Assembly: GCA_964506575.1 (NCBI GenBank)
Contig: CAZDLY010000006.1
Coordinates: 9,911-73,910 of the forward strand
Reading direction: 5' to 3'
Length of the DNA: 64,000 bases
Source of the DNA: an uncultured Akkermansia sp.
Lineage (GTDB): Bacteria; Verrucomicrobiota; Kiritimatiellia; RFP12; JAAYNR01
Shown: piece after piece, positions 9,158 through 17,451 of the stretch
Numbering within the stretch: the stretch's first letter is position 1
Layout of the letters: each line of letters begins with the position of its first letter
Made by a program: the position numbers and the translations under genes
Notes under the pieces: model-generated
The model's input: only the letters and a program-made list of their open reading frames with translations
The model's database searches: none
What the model was told of the DNA's origin: nothing

Positions 9158-9195
9158 GGTTGACCTGAGTCTCCTGAGCGTCGCATGAAGGGGGT

Positions 9196-9224
9196 ATGAT
9201 ACGGCGAATCGCGGAGGGCGTCAA
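9196..9224 (-). promoter_or_regulatory. Candidate sigma70-type promoter for grpE-dnaJ (TTGACG-N17-TATCAT)
   Basis: The minus strand reads tTTGACGccctccgcgattcgccgTATCATacc, about 40 nt upstream of the grpE ATG. No CIRCE element is seen. Confidence 0.45.
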
Positions 9225-9228
9225 ACAT

Positions 9229-10170
9229 TCAAAGTTGCGTCCGATCAACTTGCATGCGGTGCTTCCGCAACACGAAGCCTTCCGGCGGCCCGGCCGGCTT
9301 GGCGCGCAGGATGGCGTCGGGACGCTCGCCGCCCCAGATCTGCATGGCGACCGGCGCCGCCCGCCCGTAGACCTGTTCGACCATCTCGCGGAACCGCTCC
9401 TGCCCGCGCCAGAACGGCAGCGGGCCGAGGCGGGCGATCAACGGCGCCGCCACCGTCCGCCCCGGCGGAGGGCCGAAGGTTTCGGCCGGCGTCCAGCGGT
9501 CGCCCCAGAATGCGGCGGCATCCGCGGGAGCATCGGGCGCGGCAACCGGCGCCGGCGGCGGCGGCCGGTGCCCGCCGCCGCCGGGCGGGTGGCCGGCTGC
9601 GGGGATCAGATCGCCGCGGTTGATGCCGCGCAGCTCCAGCAAAAGCATGGGCTCGCGTTCGACCGCCTCGCCGAGCAGGTAGAGCACGGCCGCCGCATGC
9701 TTGCACGGCTTCGACCAGTCGGGGCAGGTGCAGGCGCAGATCCAATCGCCGCGCCGCTCGGGAAACAGGGAAACCCCCGCGTCGCGAAAGAGCGCCTCCA
9801 CCTCCACGGGCAGATCGTTGACCAGGAAACGCCCGATCCAGGCGGGGTGTGCGCCGAGCGCCGCCGCGAGCTCGCCGCGCAGGCCGTCGGCCAGCGTTCG
9901 GAACGTGAAGGTCACGCGGTACGGTTCCGGGGCGCCGCCCTGCACCACCGCGCCGACCGCGCCCTCGCCGAGGGTCAGCGCGGCGACCTGCCCCGCCACC
10001 GCATACTGGCGGCCCCGCCCCAGCCGGGCGCCCAGCCGCAATCCTTCGAGCATCAGCATCCAGCGCCGTCCCCACCACGAACGGCTTTGGCGGCTCCGCG
10101 TCCCTTGCGCGCGGATTCCCCCCCGCACCGGCAGCGCCACCCGCGGCTCGTGCCTTTTTCGCTTGCTCAT
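9229..10170 (-). CDS. SWIM zinc-finger protein (313 aa)
   Basis: CxC...CxH SWIM signature WICACTCPDWSKPCKHAAAVLY. Its ATG overlaps the stop of the upstream SNF2 gene (ATGA). Confidence 0.85.
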   Translation of the reverse strand: MSKRKRHEPRVALPVRGGIRAQGTRSRQSRSWWGRRWMLMLEGLRLGARLGRGRQYAVAGQVAALTLGEGAVGAVVQGGAPEPYRVTFTFRTLADGLRGELAAALGAHPAWIGRFLVNDLPVEVEALFRDAGVSLFPERRGDWICACTCPDWSKPCKHAAAVLYLLGEAVEREPMLLLELRGINRGDLIPAAGHPPGGGGHRPPPPAPVAAPDAPADAAAFWGDRWTPAETFGPPPGRTVAAPLIARLGPLPFWRGQERFREMVEQVYGRAAPVAMQIWGGERPDAILRAKPAGPPEGFVLRKHRMQVDRTQL

Positions 10171-13100
10171 GGCGTCCACTCCCCCACGGCGTCCTGCGCC
10201 AGCGCCAGCGCATCGCGCAGGTCGGCGTCGTTGAGTTCCGTCAGCCACGACTCGCCGCTCGCGACCAGATCGTCGGCGAGCGCCGACTTCTCCCGGATCA
10301 TCGCCTCGATCCGGTCTTCCAGCGTGCCGCCGCACACAAACTTGTGCACCATCACGTCGCGGGTCTGCCCGATCCGGAACGCGCGGTCGGTCGCCTGGTT
10401 CTCCACGGCCGGGTTCCACCAGCGGTCAAAATGAAACACGTGGTTGGCCCGGGTCAGGTTGAGCCCCGTGCCGCCCGCCTTGAGCGAGAGCACGAAGACG
10501 GCCGCTCCCGCACGGGTCTGAAAAGCCGTCACCTGCGCGTCGCGCTCCGCGCGCGGGGTGCCGCCATGCAGAAAGGGGACAAAGCAGCCAAACTCCTGCT
10601 GCAGGTGCCGCTGCAGGAGCTTCCCCATGGCCGCGTACTGGGTGAAGACCAGCGCCCCCTCGCCCGCCGCCACGACCTCCTCGACCATCTCGCGCAAACG
10701 GTCGAGTTTGCCCGAACGCCCGCCCAGCTCGCCGTCCTCGCCCAGAAAGTGGGCGGGGTGGTTGCACACCTGCTTCAGGCGGGTGATCGAAGCCAGCACC
10801 AGACCGCGGCGGCCGATCCCGGCGACGCCGTTCTTCAGCGCGGCGCCGAGTTCGTCCAGCACCCCCTGGTAGAGCGAGGCCTGTTCGCGCGTCAGCGTGC
10901 AGTAGACCAGGGCCTCGCGTTTTTCGGGCAGATCGCGGATGATGTCGCGGTCGGTCTTGAGCCGCCGCAGAACAAACGGCGCGGTCGTCTGCCGCAAGCG
11001 GTCGCGCGCCGTCAGATCACTCCCGGTCTTGATCGGCAGGGCGAAGGTATCGCGGAATGCCGCGCGCGCCCCGAGGAGTCCGGGATTGAGAAAATCCATG
11101 ATCGACCACAGGTCGCCGACCTGGTTCTCCACCGGCGTGCCGGTCAGCGCGATCCGGTAGTCGGCCTGCAGGGCGCGCGCGGCCTGGGCCTGCCGCGTGT
11201 CGGGGTTCTTGATGTTCTGCGCCTCGTCCAGGATGATCCCGGCCCAGGCGGCCTGCCGGAGGCTCGCGTAGTCGCGGTACAGGAGATTGTAGCTGGTGAC
11301 AACGATTCCCGCCGCCGCCGCCTCTTCAACGAACGTGCCGGACACGCTGCGGCCCGCGCCGTGGTGGACATGCACCGGGACGGCGGGAACGAAGCGGGCG
11401 GCCTCGCGCGCCCAGTTGGTGAGCACGGAGGTCGGGCACACCAGCAGCACCGGCCGGCGCTCGCCCTGCTCCCGTTCCCGCGCGATCAACGCCAGCGCCT
11501 GGATCGTCTTGCCCAGTCCCATGTCGTCGGCCAGGCACGCGCCCAGGCCCCAGTGCCTCAAAAACGCCAGCCAGGCGAAGCCGCGCTCCTGGTAGGGGCG
11601 CAACGTGCCGCGAAACCCGGCCGGCGGCGGGAGCGGTTCCAGCGCGGTCTCGCCGCGGAGCCGGCGCATGAGCTGCCCCAGCCAGCCTCCCGCCTCGACG
11701 CCGGCGACCGCCAGACCGTGCGCGTCGCCGTCGACGCCGAGCATCATGCGGATGATGTCGTTCGCCGCGCGGGCCTCGCGCATCTGCCGCCGCCACAGCT
11801 TCAGCGCCTCGCCGACCTGCCCGTGGTTGACCTCGACCCAGCGGTCCCGGAAACGCACGAGCGCGTGGCCCGCCTCGGCGAGACGGGCGAGCTCCACGGC
11901 CGTGACCGGCTCGCCGCCGATGGCGATCTGCCAGTCGACATCCACGAGCGACGCCAGGGTGAACGACCCCGCGACGGACGATCCCTCCGCCGTGACCCGC
12001 GCGATGACCTGGATGTGGGAGGCGTCTCCCTGCCACCACGGCGGCAGCCGGACGCCAAAGCCGGCGGCCTGGAGCAGCGGCGCGTCGCTGCGCATGAAGC
12101 GGTGGGCCTGGTCTGTGGTCAGGGTCGCCCCCTTCACCCCGGCGCCGCCCGCGGCCACGATGGGGGCGATCAGCGCCGCCTGGCCGAGCGCCGTCAGGAG
12201 ACCCTCGCGCCCGGCCCCGTCCACGCGACTGTCGTGCCACGCCTGCTCCCAGTCGGTCCGGGCATCCTCATCCGTCTGGCCGAGACCCTCCACCCGGTAG
12301 CGCAGCATCCACGGGGCGGACTCCCCCTTCGGATCTTCCAACTCAAAGCAGAGGTGCAGCGGCGAACGGCTTTCGAGATCGACGGGGCGGCGCCAGCGCG
12401 CGACCTCTTCGGCGAGCGTCGCGATTTCGGCGCGGCTTTCCCATCGGATCGTGCGGGTGTCGCCGCGCAACGACGCCCCCCAGGCGTCGTGCGCGCTGAA
12501 CGTGCGGCCCCGCTCCGCATGGGCACGCGACAGGGTCGTCACCGACGCCAGCCGCACCAGCCGGTCGACAACCTCGTCGAAGAAGGCCGCCGCCGCCGTC
12601 TGGCGGGCATCGCCGCCGCGCGGCGGAGACGCCCCGTCGTCTGGCGAGAGGCACAGGGCCGCACCCGGCAGGCCTGCCGCGAGCGCCGCGAATCGCCGCG
12701 CCTCGGCCCGGTCCAGGGCGGGTTCCCAGCGCGATTCGTAGCCGGTGTCGGGCAGAGCGCCTCCGGGCATCGGGGTCTCGCGTGGCGCGGACGCACCGCT
12801 CGCCACGCGCACCCCCGGCAAGACTTGCCGGCGCGCCACGACGGCGCCAGCCATGCGGAACAGGTCGCTCCACGCCCCCACATCATTGCCGGCCATCACC
12901 CCCCGCGCGAGCCGGCGCCCTTCGGTGGTGGCGCCCAGCACCAGAAAAAGCTCGTTCACCCGCAGCGGCAGCGCCCACATCCGCCGCAGGGCCGGCATCG
13001 GCGCCTTCGGACTGCCCCGACGCAGCCACGGACGCGACGAAGCGATGCGGCCGTCGTGGGCGGGGAGCCGGGCGAAACAGATTCGGGCATCGGAAACGAC

Positions 13101-13310
13101 GCGCTCCGCCGCCCCGCCTGATTCGAACGCGGCCAGCGCCCGGGCCAGCACCTCACGGTCACAGCCCCACAACTCCGGCTCTCCCGCGACGGGCGGGGCG
13201 TCCGCCGGGGTGTGATCGCCGTCTCCACGGACGCCCCCGCCGACCTCGGAGGTTTCCTCCCCCCAAAGCAACCATTCGTCCGCCAGCCACGAACCGTGAA
13301 GAACAACCAT
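10167..13310 (-). CDS. SNF2/RAD54-family helicase with an N-terminal SNF2-helicase-associated region (1047 aa)
   Basis: LADDMGLGKTIQ (motif I), DEAQNIKN (II), LTGTPVENQ (III), and C-terminal LKAGGTGLNLTRANHVFHFDRWWNPAVENQATDRAFRIGQ. The MVVLHGSW start at 13310 fits the family N-terminus and a promoter-like element just upstream. Confidence 0.9.
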   Translation of the reverse strand: MVVLHGSWLADEWLLWGEETSEVGGGVRGDGDHTPADAPPVAGEPELWGCDREVLARALAAFESGGAAERVVSDARICFARLPAHDGRIASSRPWLRRGSPKAPMPALRRMWALPLRVNELFLVLGATTEGRRLARGVMAGNDVGAWSDLFRMAGAVVARRQVLPGVRVASGASAPRETPMPGGALPDTGYESRWEPALDRAEARRFAALAAGLPGAALCLSPDDGASPPRGGDARQTAAAAFFDEVVDRLVRLASVTTLSRAHAERGRTFSAHDAWGASLRGDTRTIRWESRAEIATLAEEVARWRRPVDLESRSPLHLCFELEDPKGESAPWMLRYRVEGLGQTDEDARTDWEQAWHDSRVDGAGREGLLTALGQAALIAPIVAAGGAGVKGATLTTDQAHRFMRSDAPLLQAAGFGVRLPPWWQGDASHIQVIARVTAEGSSVAGSFTLASLVDVDWQIAIGGEPVTAVELARLAEAGHALVRFRDRWVEVNHGQVGEALKLWRRQMREARAANDIIRMMLGVDGDAHGLAVAGVEAGGWLGQLMRRLRGETALEPLPPPAGFRGTLRPYQERGFAWLAFLRHWGLGACLADDMGLGKTIQALALIAREREQGERRPVLLVCPTSVLTNWAREAARFVPAVPVHVHHGAGRSVSGTFVEEAAAAGIVVTSYNLLYRDYASLRQAAWAGIILDEAQNIKNPDTRQAQAARALQADYRIALTGTPVENQVGDLWSIMDFLNPGLLGARAAFRDTFALPIKTGSDLTARDRLRQTTAPFVLRRLKTDRDIIRDLPEKREALVYCTLTREQASLYQGVLDELGAALKNGVAGIGRRGLVLASITRLKQVCNHPAHFLGEDGELGGRSGKLDRLREMVEEVVAAGEGALVFTQYAAMGKLLQRHLQQEFGCFVPFLHGGTPRAERDAQVTAFQTRAGAAVFVLSLKAGGTGLNLTRANHVFHFDRWWNPAVENQATDRAFRIGQTRDVMVHKFVCGGTLEDRIEAMIREKSALADDLVASGESWLTELNDADLRDALALAQDAVGEWTP

Positions 13311-13353
13311 CGCGCGCCTATTGTGACTGTTCTTCTCCGCATCTGCAAGTGGC

Positions 13354-13382
13354 AATGTATCGTTGGTCATGGCGGTTGACAA
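13354..13382 (-). promoter_or_regulatory. Candidate promoter for the SNF2-SWIM operon (TTGTCA-N17-TACATT)
   Basis: The minus strand reads TTGTCAaccgccatgaccaacgaTACATT. It would exclude the upstream in-frame ATG at 13370. Confidence 0.4.
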
Positions 13383-13558
13383 AACGGGGAAGAACTGGCA
13401 CATTGACCGCCCTCGAGCGCTCACGCTTCTTTTCCAGCGCCCGGTGGCAGGGTGTCGGGGGGCTCGCTTCCGGCACTCTGTTCTGTCCACCCCGTTTCCG
13501 GGGCAGACGGGAGCGGTTGAGGGATAGCCCGGAATGGCATGATCGCATAAAGGAACCT

Positions 13559-14473
13559 ATGGGAACCGTCAGTGCGTACATTGGAGAGCTCGCGGCGATT
13601 GCAACCGCATTTTTCTGGATGCTGAGCTCGCTGTGCTGGACGGCGGCGGGCGAGCGCATCGGGTCGCTGGCGGTCAACGTGATACGCCTGCTCGTCGCCC
13701 TGCCCATGCTGATGGCCTGCCTGTGGATTTCGGAGGGCGCGCTGGCGCCGTTCTCCGCATCGGCCGATACCTGGCTCTACCTTTCGATCTCCGGCGTATT
13801 GGGTTTCTTCGTGTGCGACCTGTTGCTGTTCCGTTCCTTTCTCCTGATCGGGCCCCGGCTCGGGATGCTGATCCTCTCCCTGGCGCCGCCGATGACGGCG
13901 CTGATCGGCCGGTTTCTCCTGCATGAGCATCTGACCCGCCTCAACTGGCTGGGCATGGCCATGACGATGGCCGGGGTCGCCTGGGTCGTGCTGGAGTCGC
14001 CGGCGGTGCACGCGGATTCCAGCCGCCGCTACGTGTTTACGTTGCGCGGTGGACTGATGGCCTTCCTGGCCGCGGCGTCTCAGGCGGTTGCCATGGTGGT
14101 CGCGAAGATCGGGTTGAAGGAAGAGATCTCGGCCGTCGGCGCCACGGAAATACGGTTGTTGGCCGGCCTGGCCAGCTTCCTGGTCCTGCTGTCCGTGATG
14201 GGCCGCTACCCGATGCTGTACCGGGCGGCCGGGGATCGCCGCGCACTGGGGATTATTGCGCTCGGCGCCATCGTCGGACCGGTGGTTGGAGTGGCGATGC
14301 TGATGGTGGCCATCAGCCATATTCCGACGGGCCTGGCCCAGACGTTCCTCGCGCTCTCGCCGGTGATGATCATTCCATTCATGCGGCTGATCTACAAGGA
14401 GCGCATCGGCTTTCATGCCGTTGCCGGCTCCCTGCTCGCCTTTGCCGGCGTCGCCCTGCTTTTTCTGAAGTAA
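13559..14473 (+). CDS. EamA/DMT-family transporter
   Basis: 304 aa with about 10 hydrophobic helices and a duplicated EamA-type pattern. The ATG at 13559 is preceded by aaaggaa. Confidence 0.87.
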   Translation: MGTVSAYIGELAAIATAFFWMLSSLCWTAAGERIGSLAVNVIRLLVALPMLMACLWISEGALAPFSASADTWLYLSISGVLGFFVCDLLLFRSFLLIGPRLGMLILSLAPPMTALIGRFLLHEHLTRLNWLGMAMTMAGVAWVVLESPAVHADSSRRYVFTLRGGLMAFLAAASQAVAMVVAKIGLKEEISAVGATEIRLLAGLASFLVLLSVMGRYPMLYRAAGDRRALGIIALGAIVGPVVGVAMLMVAISHIPTGLAQTFLALSPVMIIPFMRLIYKERIGFHAVAGSLLAFAGVALLFLK

Positions 14474-14639
14474 TCGGTCGATGCAGCGTGCTTGACGTTT
14501 ATTCCCGCTTCTGTCATGCTACCGCCATGACATCGCTGATGATTACGGCTTCGGCCTGGCTCTACGCCGATGCGGGCCGGTGTCGCCCGGGAGGCGATGG
14601 CTTCTCGCGCCCTGCGGCAACATTCATGGATGGTCCATT

Positions 14640-15080
14640 ATGAGCGGCATGACTCCCACCTACTGGCTGATTCTCGGCGTGGTCCTCATCATCGTCGAGG
14701 TCACGGCGCCCGGACTGGTTCTGGTCTTTTTCGGTCTTGCCGCCCTGGTCGTGGCCCTGCTGACGCTGGTGATCCCCTCCCTGCCGGAGGGGATCGCCTG
14801 GCTGCTCTTCTCCGCCTTCTCGGTGGTGTTCCTGTTGACGCTTCGCAGGTGGTTCCGCAAGGTCTTTACCGGCAAACGCTCCCAGGTGCAGGATGAATTG
14901 AAAAACGACATCGCCGGGCGCACCGCCGTCGTGGTCGTCCGGATTCAGCCCGATCATCCGGGCAAGGTGGAATTTCACGGTACGAACTGGCAGGCGGTTT
15001 CCCGCGAGACGCTCGAACCCGGCGTCCAGGTGCGGATCGTGAAGCAGGACAGCATCACGTTGACGGTCGAACGCGTGTGA
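14640..15080 (+). CDS. NfeD-family membrane protein
   Basis: Two N-terminal TM helices plus a C-terminal OB-like GKVEFHGTNWQAV region. It lies directly upstream of an SPFH gene, the canonical pairing. Confidence 0.85.
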   Translation: MSGMTPTYWLILGVVLIIVEVTAPGLVLVFFGLAALVVALLTLVIPSLPEGIAWLLFSAFSVVFLLTLRRWFRKVFTGKRSQVQDELKNDIAGRTAVVVVRIQPDHPGKVEFHGTNWQAVSRETLEPGVQVRIVKQDSITLTVERV

Positions 15081-15107
15081 TTCGGCCGTCGGTCAACAGG
15101 AGGCATC

Positions 15108-16064
15108 ATGGGCAATCACTGGGTCGTCTGGGTCATCGTGTTCGGCGTTGTCTACACGATGATGAAATGCATTCGCGTGGTTCCGCAAAAGAGCGCGTTC
15201 ATTGTCGAGCGCTTCGGAAAGTACCACTGCACCCTCGAGGCGGGCCTTCATTTCCTGCTGCCGGTCGTGGACAAGGTGGCCTACAAGCACACCCTGAAGG
15301 AGCAGGCGCTGGATGTGCCCCCGCAGCAGTGCATCACCCGCGACAACATCACGGTCGAGGTGGACGGCATCCTCTATGTGATGGTGCTTGATCCGGTGCG
15401 CGCGTCGTACGGCATCAGCAACTACATGTTCGCCACCGTGCAGATTGCGCAGACCACGATGCGCAGCGTGGTCGGCAAACTGGAACTCGACCGCACCTTC
15501 GAGGAGCGGGAGCGCATCAACGGCGCCATCGTCGATGCCGTCGACAAGGCTTCCGAGCCGTGGGGCATCAAGGTGGCCCGCTACGAGATCAAAAACATCT
15601 CGCCGCCCCAGACCATCCGGGACGCGATGGAGAAGCAGATGCGCGCGGAACGTGAAAAGCGCGCCTTGATCGCGGAATCCGAGGGCGACCGCCAGGCCAA
15701 GATCAACCGCGCCGACGGCGACAAGCAGGAAGCCATCGCGCGCTCGGAGGGCGAAAAACAGAAACGGATCAACGAGGCCATGGGACGCGCACAGGAGATT
15801 GAACTGGTGGCCATCGCGACCGCCACCGGAATCCGCGAGATTGCCAAGGCCACCTTGGAACCCGGCGGCACCTACGCCGTCAATCTGCGTCTGGCCGAAC
15901 AGTACATCATCGAATTCGGCCGCATGGCCAAGGTCGGCAACACGATGATCATCCCGACCGATCTGGCCAACGTCGCGGGGTTCATCAAGACCGCGGTGAG
16001 CGTGGTCAAGGACCTGCCGGCCGGCGGCGTTCCGGGCGCCGGCGGGCCCCCGAAGATCGGATAA
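15108..16064 (+). CDS. SPFH/band-7 (stomatin/paraslipin-like) protein
   Basis: N-terminal TM helix, then RVVPQKSAFIVERFGKY...ITRDNITVEVDGILY. An AGGAGG Shine-Dalgarno lies 4 nt upstream. Confidence 0.92.
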   Translation: MGNHWVVWVIVFGVVYTMMKCIRVVPQKSAFIVERFGKYHCTLEAGLHFLLPVVDKVAYKHTLKEQALDVPPQQCITRDNITVEVDGILYVMVLDPVRASYGISNYMFATVQIAQTTMRSVVGKLELDRTFEERERINGAIVDAVDKASEPWGIKVARYEIKNISPPQTIRDAMEKQMRAEREKRALIAESEGDRQAKINRADGDKQEAIARSEGEKQKRINEAMGRAQEIELVAIATATGIREIAKATLEPGGTYAVNLRLAEQYIIEFGRMAKVGNTMIIPTDLANVAGFIKTAVSVVKDLPAGGVPGAGGPPKIG

Positions 16065-16090
16065 TCCCGGATCCGGAAGCGGTCGCACAT

Positions 16091-17128
16091 CTAGCGGGCA
16101 CTGACAGGGGGAGCGGACGACACCCCCCTGTCGCATGCCCGGGCCGCATATTCGCCGAATAACCGGATGTAGGTGCGGTAGTTTTCGAGGCTGACACCGG
16201 GCGGCGTCTGGTGATCCACCGAGGGGATATAGCCGCCCGTGCGCATGACCGGCAGCAGCCGCTCGAATTCGGCGCGCATGGCCGCTTCGCCCTGGTTCAT
16301 CACCATCTTGTCGTACCCGCCCATCATGAGCAGGCGCGGGTAGCGCTTTCGGATCCGGGCCACATCCACACCGGACTGGCGTTCGAGCGGGTAGATGCCG
16401 TCCATCCCCGCAGCCAGCAGCCAGGGAATCATGTCTTCCAGCATGCCGTCGGTGTCGACCATGACCGGCACGCCCCGCGCCTTGGCCACGGGCACCACCT
16501 GCCGGTAGTACGGGAGGAGAAACTCGTCGAACGCCTCCTTGGAAAGCATCGGGCCGTTGTTGTAAGACATGTCCTCCGCAAAGCCGACCATGTCCGGGGT
16601 CAGCACATCCAGAATGGCTTTCAGGTACTTGATATTGAAGTCCGTCAAATCCCGGTTGATCTGGTGCATCAATTCGGCATGATCGTAGAACGCAAAGAGG
16701 TGGTTCTCGATCCCGAACAGCGAGCGAGGATACCAGAAGAACCCGTCCAGCCAGAGCCGGATGATCACCTCGCCACGCGCATGCCGCTCGCGCAGGCTGA
16801 TGGCATGCCGCACCGCGCCGGCGATGTTCTCGTCGGCATAGAGCCGTGGCCTGACACGGTCGTAGTCCGCCTGATTCTGGATGATGCCGTGACCATGGGG
16901 CAGGTCCTTGAACAGGTTCCAATCCATCGGGTTGGTGGCGATGCAGACCAGCACATCGAGCCCGAAATGGCGGAGCGTGCCCTCCCAGTCCAGATCGGCG
17001 GGGAGCCCCTCCGTCTTCCACCGGTCCGTGGTCTTGTCCCACCAGGCCGCCCACTCGATCAGCGGCAGACGGTCTCGGGGCAACTCAAACGAAAGCACCT
17101 GTTGGAATCGCTCACGCTGCGTCATCAT
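16091..17128 (-). CDS. Uroporphyrinogen-decarboxylase (URO-D/MtaA-like) family protein
   Basis: 345 aa. The overall pattern resembles URO-D-fold methyltransferase/decarboxylase family members. The specific function is not assignable. Confidence 0.85.
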   Translation of the reverse strand: MMTQRERFQQVLSFELPRDRLPLIEWAAWWDKTTDRWKTEGLPADLDWEGTLRHFGLDVLVCIATNPMDWNLFKDLPHGHGIIQNQADYDRVRPRLYADENIAGAVRHAISLRERHARGEVIIRLWLDGFFWYPRSLFGIENHLFAFYDHAELMHQINRDLTDFNIKYLKAILDVLTPDMVGFAEDMSYNNGPMLSKEAFDEFLLPYYRQVVPVAKARGVPVMVDTDGMLEDMIPWLLAAGMDGIYPLERQSGVDVARIRKRYPRLLMMGGYDKMVMNQGEAAMRAEFERLLPVMRTGGYIPSVDHQTPPGVSLENYRTYIRLFGEYAARACDRGVSSAPPVSAR

Positions 17129-17451
17129 ACGTTCTCAACTTTCGCGAATGGTTCCGTGCTCAACACGCCGAGTGGCACCCGGCCCTTCACTTCGGGCGGC
17201 ATCGGAGAACACAGTTTCGGATTGGCCTGCTGCGCTTCCGCCCACTTCGCCGCCCACTCCCAACGGCACTCCTGTTTCGTTGCGGGCCGTATCATACCGT
17301 TTTTCAACGATCCCTGTCCATCCCCGCCGTGCGCCAAGCACCAATCCCGGTCTTGCCCCGCAGCCCCGCTCGTGGTATTGTCTAATCTTCCTGTCGGTGG
17401 ATAGTCCGCCGGGCGGAATTTTTTGCGAGTCCCATCAATGAATTTAGTCAT
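17125..17451 (-). CDS. Doubtful 108-aa hypothetical ORF (an alternative reading of the same region)
   Basis: Its stop overlaps the downstream ATG ATG (ATGATGA). However, GC3 is low in the first half, there are no recognisable motifs, it overlaps the rpiB-glyA start, and it contains a good opposite-strand promoter. Confidence 0.2.
   Translation of the reverse strand: MTKFIDGTRKKFRPADYPPTGRLDNTTSGAAGQDRDWCLAHGGDGQGSLKNGMIRPATKQECRWEWAAKWAEAQQANPKLCSPMPPEVKGRVPLGVLSTEPFAKVENV
17130..17345 (-). promoter_or_regulatory. Possible divergent cobalamin-riboswitch-like leader upstream of the URO-D-family gene (hypothesis)
   Basis: The minus-strand RNA contains, in canonical order, three blocks. First, CAGGGAU-CGUUGAAAAACG-..ACGGCCCGCAACG (compare GGGAA..GGUGnnAAUCC..CCCGCnAC). 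Second, GCCGCCCGAAGUGAAGGGC (compare GCCACUG..GGGAAGGC). Third, GAGCACGGAACCAUUC (compare B12 box AGCCAGGAGACCUGCC), about 25 nt before the ATG. This is a hand alignment only. Confidence 0.25.
17353..17381 (+). promoter_or_regulatory. Candidate promoter for rpiB-glyA (TTGCCC-N17-TGgTATTGT, extended -10)
   Basis: tcTTGCCCcgcagccccgctcgTGgTATTGTct, about 55 nt upstream of ATG 17438. Confidence 0.45.
17405..17425 (+). promoter_or_regulatory. Terminator-like hairpin plus T6 in the rpiB-glyA leader
   Basis: gTCCGCcggGCGGAaTTTTTTg lies between the candidate promoter and the ATG. There is no upstream + strand gene to terminate. Confidence 0.3.

Noticed and set aside
13400-13558. Guanidine-I (ykkC)-like riboswitch upstream of the EamA transporter, prompted by ACGGGAGCGG..GGGAUAGCCCGGAAU.
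   Set aside because: The 5' conserved blocks (CUAGGGUUCCG, GGUCCGAGAG) are missing, and EamA transporters are not the usual ykkC-regulated genes. The resemblance is limited to one short 3' string.
17300-17437. ZTP (pfl) riboswitch upstream of glyA, prompted by GGUGGAUA and CCGCCGGGCGG strings in the leader.
   Set aside because: The leader downstream of the best promoter is only about 50 nt, the conserved ACUGGCG/P1-P2 half is absent, and the 3' CCGCCUGGGC consensus is not matched.
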